Positions 1-9,410 of a stretch of DNA of 64,000 bases are shown piece by piece. Under the pieces are notes generated by a model, which was not told where the DNA came from, ran no database searches, and was given only the letters and a program-made list of their open reading frames with translations. Position numbers and translations under genes: made by a program. Position 1 is the stretch's first letter; the number at the start of each line of letters is the position of its first letter. This DNA is from Alphaproteobacteria bacterium (GTDB lineage Bacteria; Pseudomonadota; Alphaproteobacteria; Puniceispirillales; UBA1172), in assembly GCA_038144675.1 (NCBI GenBank), contig JAYQOF010000006.1, forward strand, positions 41,622 through 105,621, written 5' to 3'.

Positions 1-807
1 ATATGAGGCTTGCTCTTGAAGCTGGAGATGAGCAGGATGCGCTTACCGCCGGACGTGAAGCATTAGCATTGAAGCCACGTTCTGCCAGCATCGCAAATGC
101 CCTTTTTGTGCTTGAGGCCAAGGCCGGAGAATGGGACAAGGCCGAGGCGGTATTGAACATCGCCCGTCATCATCAATAGCCTGCCCAGTCAGCGCAAAGC
201 AAAGAAGCCGAAGCCATAATTCTGCTAGAAAAATCCAAATCAGCAGAATCCGAAAAATCCAGGCAAAAATTACTTGGCCGTTCGATTAAAGCCAAGCCGG
301 ATTTTCTGCCAGCTATTCTGGCACAATCTGAAGTTTTTCTGGCTAATAAGCAGACCCGTAAAGCTACCGCATTACTGGAAAAACATTTCCTTCATGCGCC
401 ACACCCTGCTACAGCTGAACTTCTGATGCAGCACTGGTCAGGTAATCCTGCCGAAAACTGGCACGGCTGATTACCCTTACAGATAAGGGTGGCCAGCAGA
501 AAGAAGCATTGCTGGCAACAGCAAGGGTGGCTTTTGATCAGAAATTATGGGGGAAGCAAACCGGTTGGTGCATCTGATCCCTGATACAGATCGTGATGCG
601 CGCGTCTGGCAATTACTAGCTGATCTGGCTGAACATCACACCGACAATGATGACATGGATAAACTTGATAGCAGTCAGATGTTGCGACATGCTGCATTAG
701 CACCCAGACAACCGGAATGGCGGTGTCATAGTTGTCATAGCCAGCTATCAGACTGGCATGCCATATGCCCACAATGTCAGTCTTTTGCCAGTATAAAATG
801 GCAATAG
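1..807 (+). pseudogene. hemY: HemY-like TPR protein, C-terminal part (5' end outside window), disrupted
   Basis: The frame from nt 3 reads LALEAGDEQDALTAGREALALKPRSAS and hits an in-frame TAG at 177-179. It continues in the same frame (PAQSAQSKEAEAIILLEK...PDFLPAILAQSEVFL) to TGA 468-470. Coding then resumes in another frame (LWGEANRLVHLIPDTDRDARVW...CPQCQSFASIKWQ, ORF 547-807). Confidence 0.6.
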
Positions 808-817
808 CCAGATATCA

Positions 818-1027
818 TTACAGCCGTTGCTGGCCACCTAGCCATTGCAGGGTAGTATGGGATAATGCCATATGCGGAGGCGTGAAGTTTTCTTTTTCTA
901 CCAGATAGAAAAAGCCAAGCCGCATATGACCGGAAAAAGATCGTTCCGGTTTTCGCGGTTGATCAAACATCCGGGCATGTGATCGCGCCATCTGATTTTC
1001 GATAGCATGTAACGTTAGCATTGACAT
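818..1027 (-). CDS. hypothetical 69-aa ORF, no recognisable family
   Basis: ORF track only. It sits at the boundary between core and AT-rich DNA and could be a gene remnant. Confidence 0.2.
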   Translation of the reverse strand: MSMLTLHAIENQMARSHARMFDQPRKPERSFSGHMRLGFFYLVEKENFTPPHMALSHTTLQWLGGQQRL

Positions 1028-1157
1028 AAATATATAGACGACGCTTTTCCATAAAACTTTAACGCAAAAGATGGTTTTATTTTCCAGAAATGTCGGAAAT
1101 AAAGTCGCTTATGCTTCTTGTTCGGGGTTGGTTATGGTTGGAATATCAAAAAAGTCA

Positions 1158-1328
1158 TTAGGGGGTTACATTACCATTTGTGACTTCAACGATTTTAATC
1201 ATGGTTTTGCGTGTGGGTATGTATTTGCCAGCAGCATAGCGTGACACTAGCGATGGCGATACATCCACGTCTTGAGCAAATTGCTTCACCGTTATGTTTG
1301 ATTTTTTTAACCACTTGGATAATTTCAT
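1158..1328 (-). CDS. small Cro/YdaS-like helix-turn-helix DNA-binding protein (56 aa)
   Basis: My own translation, below the ORF-track cutoff: MKLSKWLKKSNITVKQFAQDVDVSPSLVSRYAAGKYIPTRKTMIKIVEVTNGNVTP. The HTH core pattern is typical. A palindrome lies just upstream. Confidence 0.6.
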   Translation of the reverse strand: MKLSKWLKKSNITVKQFAQDVDVSPSLVSRYAAGKYIPTRKTMIKIVEVTNGNVTP

Positions 1329-1336
1329 ATTTTATA

Positions 1337-1353
1337 TGTGCGATAAACGCACA
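1337..1353. promoter_or_regulatory. candidate operator palindrome TGTGCG-ATAAA-CGCACA
   Basis: Perfect 6-bp inverted repeat with a 5-nt spacer, 9-25 nt upstream of the 1158-1328 HTH gene start. A near-identical motif lies at 1798-1814. Confidence 0.4.
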
Positions 1354-1383
1354 ATTTTGTCAATGTAAAACAGGGCTTAATGC

Positions 1384-1766
1384 TTAATTTGACGCCATAA
1401 TATTTTTTATAATTTCTGTCATGGCCTCACTATCAGACTTGATATCGTAATTATATATTTCTGTTGCGATGATGCTAAGAATATCGGTGGAAGGTGTTAT
1501 TCCCCGTTTTGATAGCTCTGTTATCGCTGCATCAATGCAGCTGGCTAATTTTACAGGTTCAATGAGAGTTACGCCTTCAAAATCAGAACTGATTTCATCA
1601 AAAGGAACGTCAAATAATTCAGATAGTTTCTTAATGTGCCACCGTGGCACCTGATCTTTTTCCGTTTAAATATCGTGATATTCTTGACCGATCAACATTC
1701 AGGATATGAGCCAATTTTTGCTGACTCATCCCATTTAACTTCATGATCTTCCTGATTTTTTCCATT
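1384..1766 (-). pseudogene. XRE-family HTH regulator with extra C-terminal domain, frameshifted
   Basis: The N-terminus from ATG at 1766 reads MEKIRKIMKLNGMSQQKLAHILNVDRSRISRYLNGKR and then stops. The sequence continues in another frame as PRWHIKKLSELFDVPFDEI (ORF 1384-1650). The switch sits at an A/T run at 1657-1661. Confidence 0.6.
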
Positions 1767-1797
1767 TTACATTATACCCTCTGAACATCATAACAAA

Positions 1798-1814
1798 ATT
1801 GCGAATAACGCACA
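1798..1814. promoter_or_regulatory. second copy of operator-like motif (ATTGCG-AATAA-CGCACA)
   Basis: Lies 32-48 nt upstream of the XRE gene start. TTGCGAATAA at 1799-1808 is also repeated inverted as TTATTCGCAA at 1836-1845. Confidence 0.35.
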
Positions 1815-2025
1815 TAATATTCGACCTCTTATGAATTATTCGCAATGATCAGTAAGATTAGTTCATTATATTTTGATCTGATAAACCGGTTGTCCCGCAT
1901 GACAGGACAGATGCGCTTTAATTGAGCGAAGATAGAGATAATCAGTAGCGCGTAATGTTAGTAAAGTTATCCTAATAAGATAACGACCCTGATCACTTAT
2001 ATTTTAGTCCTCATGCCTATTTTAT

Positions 2026-2069
2026 TTGCAGGCTGGTGTTTGCCAAAACAATATGGCTCGGCATACAGG
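2026..2069 (+). repeat. orphan, diverged copy of the tRNA-Thr promoter region
   Basis: ttgcaggctggtgtttgccaaaacaatatggctcggcatacagg aligns with 4625-4669 ttgcaggctgatgcttgc-aaaacaatatgtcgacaggtatatagg. No intact tRNA follows. 2090-2125 resembles a tRNA 5' half only weakly. Confidence 0.45.
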
Positions 2070-2386
2070 AAATGAACGTCTTACTTTTGCTGGAAGGCAG
2101 AGATGTTGAAGAGGATATTGGGGAAACTGCGCATCAATGAAAAGAAATGAGCTGAGCTAATAGACTCCATCATTTTCATAACCAAAAGTTGCATATAAAA
2201 GAGATTAATATTCAATTTATGAAAGAAAACTAACCCAATAGTTTCATAACACAATCGCCATGCTTTTCTGTTCCTTTTATGAAACCTAGAGATGTACAAG
2301 TTTTGATATGCTTATTAATTGGATTTTCAGATGTTTCAAAATATGGCCCTGAGCAGTCACCATTCATATGGAAAACTAAATTATCA

Positions 2387-2924
2387 TCAGCTGCAAACTT
2401 CATGATTGGGGGTGTTGAGATTTATAGTCATTCCTCCTATTGGAAAAACTTTATTTGGTGTTTCTTCTAAAAATATTTCACCACCTTCTTCAACACCATC
2501 AAGAGAAAGTAAAAGAAATGTATCAAGTCCATTATTTACTTCACTAAAATCAAGCTTTGCGGAAATTATTGGCATATTGTCATTATTAAATACTTTCGAG
2601 TACACTTCTGAAAAAACTTCATCAGCCTCTTCATATCCCATCGGCCCTATGTCTCTATCATAGGTACAGGCTGCTGTTTCTCCTATTGGCTCATCCCCAT
2701 AAGTTAATATTGTTTCACCAGTATAGAAATTCAGTCTACAGCTTTGTGTGATGAAATAGACACCTTTTTTCAAACGTAAAGTCACAGGAATTATTATAGT
2801 CTTCGGAATGAGCATAGGATGAAACTAAAGCAAAGTACTGATTGTTAGTATATATTTGAGCTGGTTGATCATAATTCCCTCCTATGCACCTAAAACATGT
2901 CCTTATTGAAGGGAGAGCAATCAT
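2387..2924 (-). pseudogene. hypothetical protein, apparently frameshifted (ORFs 2736-2924 and 2387-2815)
   Basis: Two overlapping minus-strand ORFs in different frames. The first start overlaps the stop of the upstream gene (ATGA at 2921-2924). No family recognised. Confidence 0.35.
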
Positions 2925-3346
2925 ATTATTTTTAGTATCGCCAGCATACTTTCTAATGGTTGAGCATTATTTCTGATGACTTCCCCATGGACTATCAATT
3001 GAATGCTGTTTATCTGGTAGCATCCAATGACTTCTTCATAAGTTTCATTAGTATAATTTCCACTTTCATATTTATTAAAGATAAGCTCTATATTCTTCTG
3101 CATGACTGTATCAGCTTGAAGGACGTCTTGTGAGTCAGGCCTAGTGCCATATACATATCCAAAATAACCTGCATATGCGACTTCGAGTGCAACTTCCATA
3201 TTATCTGCATTGCCATCAAGGTCATAAGTAATGGCAGCATCACCAATAATCATCCCGGCACAGGCCGCAGTATCAGTTAATTCAGATGCTAATACATGAT
3301 TGATTGAAAATAGAAATGTAAACGCTATATAAAGTTTCTTCATCAT
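2921..3346 (-). CDS. secreted hypothetical protein (141 aa)
   Basis: N-terminal signal peptide MMKKLYIAFTFLFSINHVLA followed by an acidic Tyr/Gly-rich mature part. No family recognised. Confidence 0.5.
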   Translation of the reverse strand: MMKKLYIAFTFLFSINHVLASELTDTAACAGMIIGDAAITYDLDGNADNMEVALEVAYAGYFGYVYGTRPDSQDVLQADTVMQKNIELIFNKYESGNYTNETYEEVIGCYQINSIQLIVHGEVIRNNAQPLESMLAILKII

Positions 3347-3560
3347 ACCCTACTTTATCTAATTCTAATAATGTTAATTAAACTAGTATTCTAAGTAATT
3401 ATCAAGCCAGCTATGCCCGACGTTATGGCTATCGATGTTATCGTGCTTCTACCTATTGATTAAAATGATGATGATCATAGATAGTTTATATAAAACATAA
3501 TCTGTCTTCTAGATTTTCACATTTATATCTTTTCAGGATAGTTAAAAGAGCGACATCATC

Positions 3561-4320
3561 ATGAAAAAGTTTATTTATTACTCATTGTTACCAATAGCGT
3601 TACTCTCATGGCATTTATGAATTCTGCCTGGTCAGAAGGAAATAGTTCTCATTTACAATATAAAAGTGGGGATAAAGAATTTCTGGCCTATCTTGAACAT
3701 TCAACAGGCACATCTAATGGAACAGTTATCATTATTCATGACTGGGATGGTCTGACTGAGTATGAAAAAATGAGAGCGAAGATGCTATCTGACCTTGGAT
3801 ACGATGCTGTTGCCATTGATTTATTTGGCATTGATGCGACGTTGGAGAGCCGGGTTGATTATATGCGTGAAACGGGGGCTTTTATGGAAATCGTAATGAA
3901 TTTAGGGCAAGAATTCATGCTGCCTTAAAGGCTTCTAAAAACAGTGGAATTAATACAGACCAAATAATCATTTGTGGTTATTGTTTTGGTGGAGCAGCAA
4001 CTCTTGAAGCAGCAAGAAGCAGGCATTGAAACAGATGGTTTCGTAAGCTTCCATGGCGGTCTTGGCACCCCTGAAGGCCAAATTATAATCAAACTACTGC
4101 TCCAATATTACTTTTACATGGTTCAGCTGACCCCGTATCGGGAATGAATGATTTGGCCAGTCTCCTCAATCAACTCGAAGAAGCCAATATTCCTCATGAC
4201 GCTGAAATCTATGGAGGTGCCCGACATTCATTTACTGTATCAGGGTCAAGGGACTATGATGAACAGGCAGATGCAAAATCATGGGAAGCCCTTGTCAGGT
4301 TTCTCAATAGGCTGGGTTAG
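3561..4320 (+). pseudogene. dienelactone hydrolase family protein, multiple frameshifts
   Basis: Signal-like MKKFIYYSLLPIALLS, then TVIIIHDWDGLTEYEKMRAKMLSDLGYDAVAIDLFG (ORF 3608-3928). Other frames give IICGYCFGGAATLEAA and LLLHGSADPVSG...ARHSF...WEALVRFLNRLG, ending at TAG 4318-4320. Confidence 0.75.
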
Positions 4321-4638
4321 ATGTTAAACCAAAATGTGGAATAAAGACGTTTCTGTTCTATCAATTAAAATAGAACTCATTTAGCTTCGGGTCAGCTTTA
4401 CAGCCTGTGCTAATCAGCACCTAATTACCTTAGGGCAGGGATAGATAGCAGGATTTTCCTCTCCTTAGCTCACTGCTTATTCACCAGCCCAAATTCCATT
4501 TACTCTGGTACCAACATCATCACTATACATTGACCATATGTCAGTTCACATATCCCCACTTTCATTGCAAATTACTACTTTCTGGACACCATACTGAGCA
4601 TTAGCTGGTGTCCCATACTCATTGTTGCAGGCTGATGC

Positions 4639-4667
4639 TTGCAAAACAATATGTCGACAGGTATATA
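4639..4667 (+). promoter_or_regulatory. sigma70-type promoter for tRNA-Thr
   Basis: TTGCAA (4639-4644), a 17-nt spacer, then TATATA (4662-4667), 13 nt upstream of the tRNA 5' end. Confidence 0.5.
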
Positions 4668-4679
4668 GGCTTTACCATT

Positions 4680-4755
4680 GCTGCTGTAGCTCAGTTGGTA
4701 GAGTAACTGATTCGTAATCAGTAGGTCGTTGGTTCAATTCCAATCAGCAGCACCA
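4680..4755 (+). tRNA. tRNA-Thr (anticodon CGU)
   Basis: 76-nt cloverleaf. Acceptor stem gctgctg/cagcagc, anticodon stem actga/tcagt, loop ttCGTaa (anticodon 4713-4715), T-arm gttgg-ttcaatt-ccaat, encoded CCA. Confidence 0.93.
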
Positions 4756-4821
4756 TATTTTTCTATTTATTTATAGTTGCTTTACATATTTAAAATGCTT
4801 AATATTGATTTATGCTCACAT

Positions 4822-4860
4822 AAAGTTATGAGCGTATTGTAAGCAATAAAACGATATTAA
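4822..4860 (+). repeat. 39-bp direct repeat, copy 1 (candidate integrase arm-type sites)
   Basis: aaagttatgagcgtattgtaagcaataaaacgatattaa matches 12695-12733 at 34 of 39 positions. It contains reiterated GTGAGCA-like heptamers. Confidence 0.5.
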
Positions 4861-4949
4861 AGCGAATAATCAGGAGTAAATACACCTGTTATGGACTTGC
4901 TAGCTGGAAATACTTTCTTCTCTTGCTTTAATCCTGTCAGAAACGACCT

Positions 4950-5204
4950 TTAGAGAGGCGAGGAGTCCGCTTGACTCCTGAGCAAGCAATTTTGCTTTGG
5001 CTTGCCCCAACCTCTGTCTAACAGCGCCTGAGCGGCCGTTCCGCGCACATGCTCATCCTTGCCATGCCTCATGAGCTCAACAAGCGTATCAATAGCCTCG
5101 CTAGTGTAGGTTCTAGCAAGCTCAGCAACCTTATATTCATCCTTTGGTCGCCCAGAAGGGTTGCCAGAGTGTCCTGAGATGTATTGACCACGGGAATTAC
5201 GCAT
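4950..5204 (-). CDS. phage-associated small protein with GNPSGRPK motif (DUF5681-like)
   Basis: MRNSRGQYISGHSGNPSGRPKDEYKVAELARTY...LLDRGWGKP. The motif is recalled from phage and plasmid proteins. Confidence 0.5.
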   Translation of the reverse strand: MRNSRGQYISGHSGNPSGRPKDEYKVAELARTYTSEAIDTLVELMRHGKDEHVRGTAAQALLDRGWGKPKQNCLLRSQADSSPL

Positions 5205-5228
5205 TTACAGTTATCTCAAAATATTTAA

Positions 5229-5941
5229 TTATTTATAACATCTAAACCCAATATAGACCACGGCCATATCTCTTGGCTTAGTTGCTCCATAATCTGCCTT
5301 CATTTGTTCTGATCCATACCACCATGAACCACCCATCGTAGCTTGTTGTTGGTCTTCTGGAGAAATCATAGCCCATTCCCAAACATTAGCCCCCATATCA
5401 TAAAGACCATTAACACCTTGTTTGGTTGTGCCCACCCTTGCATGCCCATGGCCTCTCATAAGCATTGAAGAGAAGTCTGGTTTGCTATTTGGGTTACCTT
5501 TGGGATTGCCGCAAGCATTTAGACAATTAGCTCCAATAGGGGACGTCCCAGTAGGGTATGGATAAGTTATTCCTTTTTCATATTCTGGATGAAAGGGCGT
5601 TGCTCAGTATATGCAAAGTTTATCCATTCATAGCGTAAAGGAAGCCTTTTACCCTTCCATATACAATAGGCTTGTGCCTCATCATATGTGATATGAACAG
5701 CTGGCTCATCAGGATGACCTTTAATGCCGTAAGGTGATTTCCAGTTCCACTCAGGCTTAATGACCCAACCGTTTTCATATACCATGCCGCCTTGTTTCTC
5801 GGCTTTTGTTATATATCCAGTTTGGTCGACATATTCTTGGAAGTCAGAAATTGATGTTTCAGTTTGATCCATGGATGAAGTATTTGCTTGGGCAAATGAT
5901 GAAAATATACAAATACTGAAAATAATCACTCGATTATGCAT
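5229..5941 (-). pseudogene. secreted formylglycine-generating-enzyme (FGE/SUMF1, NirV-like) domain protein, one frameshift
   Basis: Signal peptide, then HITYDEAQAYCIWKGKRLPLRYEW (ORF 5567-5941) and GLYDMGANVWEW...GGSWWYG...IGFRC (ORF 5229-5465). The two frames join across an A/T run at 5574-5578. Confidence 0.75.
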
Positions 5942-6236
5942 TCTGCCTAGCTTCTATGATACCTAGAGTTGCTGTTGTAGAATCTACTACATAGGGTACA
6001 AGTGTAGATAGAGCCATTTTTGTCCAGCAAACGGACGTTAAAGCTCCTGCCATAATAGTATCACCATGATTTATAAAGGCTAAAATTGTTCCCACGATAA
6101 TAGCAACCTTAATTGCACGCTTCATTACCTTTGAACTAAAAAATATTGAACTAAAATTTGAAATAGTGGTCATATAAACACCCCATTTAAACGACATCAT
6201 GTTGTTTATCCTAGTATACTGTGTCTGAGAATTCAA
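5934..6236 (-). CDS. small membrane protein resembling NrtS (putative nitrate/nitrite transporter family)
   Basis: KRAIKVAIIVGTILAFINHGD motif plus transmembrane segments. Its 3' end overlaps the FGE gene start by 8 nt. Confidence 0.45.
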   Translation of the reverse strand: MNSQTQYTRINNMMSFKWGVYMTTISNFSSIFFSSKVMKRAIKVAIIVGTILAFINHGDTIMAGALTSVCWTKMALSTLVPYVVDSTTATLGIIEARQNA

Positions 6237-7045
6237 ATTAGATTACTATTAAATTAAGGCATTTAATCGCAACTTGTGCGCCTTGGCATCCCGCCTAAAG
6301 CACTAAAGCTCAGGAGCAGTTATGACTGACATTCGTTCCCTTTATACGTCTTAAACACCACTCAGAAGCCGCTGAGACCAGTTTAAAGCTTGTTCCTGAT
6401 AATGTGATCAAGCAGGAGCTCATCACCTATGTACAGGCTGATAACGGTGTTTCAATTGTTCAAAAGACTTACTCGTGACTTTGTTGGCGATAGCCATAAT
6501 GAAAATCTTGTTGTCAAAGTATTTCGAACTCAACCTGAAGCTTAGGGAGAGTAATATAATTCACAGCTAAACAGATTGATGATCTTGCTCGAGTAGTAGC
6601 TAGAGCTTGGAGATAAGTCGAGTGGATTATCCAAGCCTCATCCTGCGGAATATGCTGTTTATTAACCATCAGTTAGCCAAGAACTCTTAAGCATAGAGAT
6701 GGTGATGTGTCTAAAGTAACCATACGATGAGGATAGTTGGATGTTACGAGATGATAGAGGAAGTGTGGGGTGCTCACATTTGAAGCTCATTATCAAAGAT
6801 CTACAAACATAGGATAATCAGATCTATCTGCTAACCCCAGCTGTTTCTCTCACTATTATTAGTTTTTTACAATTTGTTACAAAACCCAACTAAAAAAATA
6901 ATTTAGCTCTTGGATATGTATCATAAAATCAACGTGATTACCTTCGTGTATAAATGAAAGCCTCATATTTTTGTTGGTGTATAAAAAATTATCAGGAAAC
7001 CTTTTCCCCAAACAAAGTTGTGCCTGAAGGAAAAAAATGACTTTT

Positions 7046-7240
7046 CTAAAAAAACTGTACCGAAATCAACGTGGATTCCAAATGGCTCATCGGAATTAAA
7101 TTGTTCAGGGTTATTCTATTTGGGTTAATCTCAACTTCCCCTGTTGAAATGCAACTGTAAAAACCCTCTTCTAGTTTTTCCCCACCCCAACTAGGCGTGG
7201 CAAGCATAACAAAGGCGAAAGTGGCTAAGATGATGCGCAT
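7046..7240 (-). CDS. small signal-peptide protein (64 aa)
   Basis: MRIILATFAFVMLATPSWG leader, paralogous to the leaders at 7355-7537 and 9192-9410. Confidence 0.4.
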   Translation of the reverse strand: MRIILATFAFVMLATPSWGGEKLEEGFYSCISTGEVEINPNRITLNNLIPMSHLESTLISVQFF

Positions 7241-7354
7241 TAGTAAAATTTATCAACCTCAGTATATTAGTTACTAATATTCTCCTAGCTATAAACGATT
7301 GTCGTTCACATATTGCTCTAGCTGGGTTTCCAATAGTTCTATAATAGTAAAAAT

Positions 7355-7537
7355 TTAGAGACTTCGATTATAATAAAACCATAGATGTTGTGTATCCCAA
7401 TCAGAATTGGTGTATGCTTTAATCAATGTTCCACGCTCCATAGCTTGAAAACATTCTTCTAAGCTTACTCTTATCCAAGCATAACTAGGCGTAGCGAAAA
7501 TAACAAAGGCTATAGCGGCTAGGATGATGCGATACAT
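7355..7537 (-). CDS. small signal-peptide protein (60 aa)
   Basis: MYRIILAAIAFVIFATPSYA leader, paralogous to the 7046-7240 leader. Confidence 0.4.
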   Translation of the reverse strand: MYRIILAAIAFVIFATPSYAWIRVSLEECFQAMERGTLIKAYTNSDWDTQHLWFYYNRSL

Positions 7538-7538
7538 A

Positions 7539-8353
7539 TCAGCAATCCTTGTATTCTTTCTTCACGCATTCTGATGTTAATTCCCGAGTTTTCTCTATTT
7601 GTGATGGGGTCATTAACGATCCATAAAATTCGCGATTATGGTAAGCTTGAGCATCTCCATTAGCAATAGCAAGGTTTATCCATAAGCCCATAAGAATAAT
7701 CTTTTTGAACCCCATAGCCATTAAAGTATAACGTCGCAAGGAAAGTTTGTGCTTTGGCGTGACCCTGTTCACCTGCTAGCAAAAACCATTTAAAAGATTT
7801 TTGAGAATATTCGCGGTCGTTATCAAAATAATACAAACCCAATTCAAACTGCGCATCTTGGTTGACCTTGTTTTGCACCAAGTGTGTACCATTCATAAGC
7901 GGTTTTAAATCCTTATTCACCCCACCAATACCAATCTGATACATAAAGCCAAGCAAGCTTGTGCCTCAGGGTGACCTTGTTTTGCAGCAAGTGTGAACCA
8001 TTTCACTGATTCATAATCTTCTTCTTGAAGAAATCTACTATAATAATAATATATTTCCCCAAGGTGATATTGGGCATCAGAGTTGCCTTGTTCAGCTAGT
8101 ATTTTAAATCCGTTAACCGCTAATTTAAAATAGTGCTTTGCAGTTTTATAATTTTCTTGATTGAAACTCCATCACCATCAAAATATAGACGACCAATATA
8201 ATATTGGGCTTATAAAGTCGGCTTGCTCAGCAGAGTTTCCATTCCTTTAAAGCAGTTGCGTAATCGCCATTATTATATGCTTCAAAAACCCTTATCCCAG
8301 TCGAAGCCCAACTATGTGAGATAAAAGGACAAGTGCAATGTAGCTAGGATGGT
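7539..8353 (-). pseudogene. Sel1-like repeat (SLR) protein with signal peptide, heavily disrupted
   Basis: Starts MGTILATLHLSF at 8353. Sel1 repeats are spread over three frames: AEQGNSDAQYHLGEIYYY, AAKQGHPEAQACLA, AQFELGLYYFDNDREYSQKSFKWFLLAGEQGHAKAQTFLATLYFNGYGVQKD. Confidence 0.7.
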
Positions 8354-8650
8354 GCCCATTATTTTTCTCCATACATCTGGGGTCAGTCTGCAATGTATTC
8401 CCATCAAAATCAATATGAGCCACGTTACCATTGTGCTTACGACAAAATACCTGCAGGCCCTATTTCAGTAAAGCCCACATCAACTAAAGAATAGCTCTGT
8501 AGTGATGCTGAGTCTGTCTGACCATTAACATCAGCCTCGCATTTTGAGCAGACAATCTGGTGCGCAATAGAGTTGAGAAAGAATAAGTACTGGTAGGTCT
8601 GAGGTCATTATCTTGGCGAACATTTGCCCATAGCTATTGAGCCACGACAA

Positions 8651-8932
8651 TTATTTCTCGATAAATGTCATCGTATTCTCAAATAACTGAACATCAAATT
8701 GGCTGGCAAAGACATAGTATTTACGGATTTCAGACCCAAAAAATGACCTCAATTCTATCGACCTTATACTCATCACAACTGAATTTTCCTGATGAGTCAT
8801 TTTTGACCCCACCTTGATAGCAAAGTATGCGCTGTCACTATGTACTCTTATGACTACAGCATATTTCCATTTATCTATCATTTCTTGGGAATAAGTATTT
8901 TTTCTGTGTCCCATTTTTTTGTACCAGGGCAA
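8651..8932 (-). CDS. hypothetical protein (93 aa)
   Basis: ORF track only. No family recognised. Confidence 0.3.
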   Translation of the reverse strand: MPWYKKMGHRKNTYSQEMIDKWKYAVVIRVHSDSAYFAIKVGSKMTHQENSVVMSIRSIELRSFFGSEIRKYYVFASQFDVQLFENTMTFIEK

Positions 8933-9191
8933 TTATACTCGGTAAAAGCAATATTAGTATTCAAAAAATAACAGTGTTATAAGAAGAAAAATTCCTCATT
9001 TGATTAATCCTTAAAGCAAATACCTGTTCTGATTGTTATCAATTTGCATAATTAGTTGAATACTGAATGTTCATATTTATGCTAGTTCCGCCTCCAAACG
9101 TGTAGTGTTTTCATTGATGCAATATAACCCTTTGCGGCAAACTCAACTATCCCTAATTTATCAATTAATTGAAGTTGGCTTTTAAGATTAT

Positions 9192-9410
9192 TCATCTGAT
9201 AGAATCGCCCCCAACAGTGTTTTCACGGATACTTATTAATAATCTTTCCTCTGTTTTTCCAGGTCCGAAGAAGCGTCCGTCATTTGCAACTTCCATATTA
9301 TCTACATTGCTACAAGTATTTTCTTCTGCAAAGCTAGGCGATGCAAACAGTAAAATAGGGAAAATAACCAATATGATCGCATTGCTATTTCCTATTGAAA
9401 ATAATTTAAT
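9192..9410 (-). pseudogene. third small signal-peptide protein, canonical start codon missing
   Basis: My own translation: IKLFSIGNSNAIILVIFPILLFASPSFAEENTCSNVDNMEVANDGRFFGPGKTEERLLISIRENTVGGDSIR. The position where Met is expected is ATT (9408-9410). The plus-strand ORF 9169-9414 is its antisense shadow. Confidence 0.3.
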
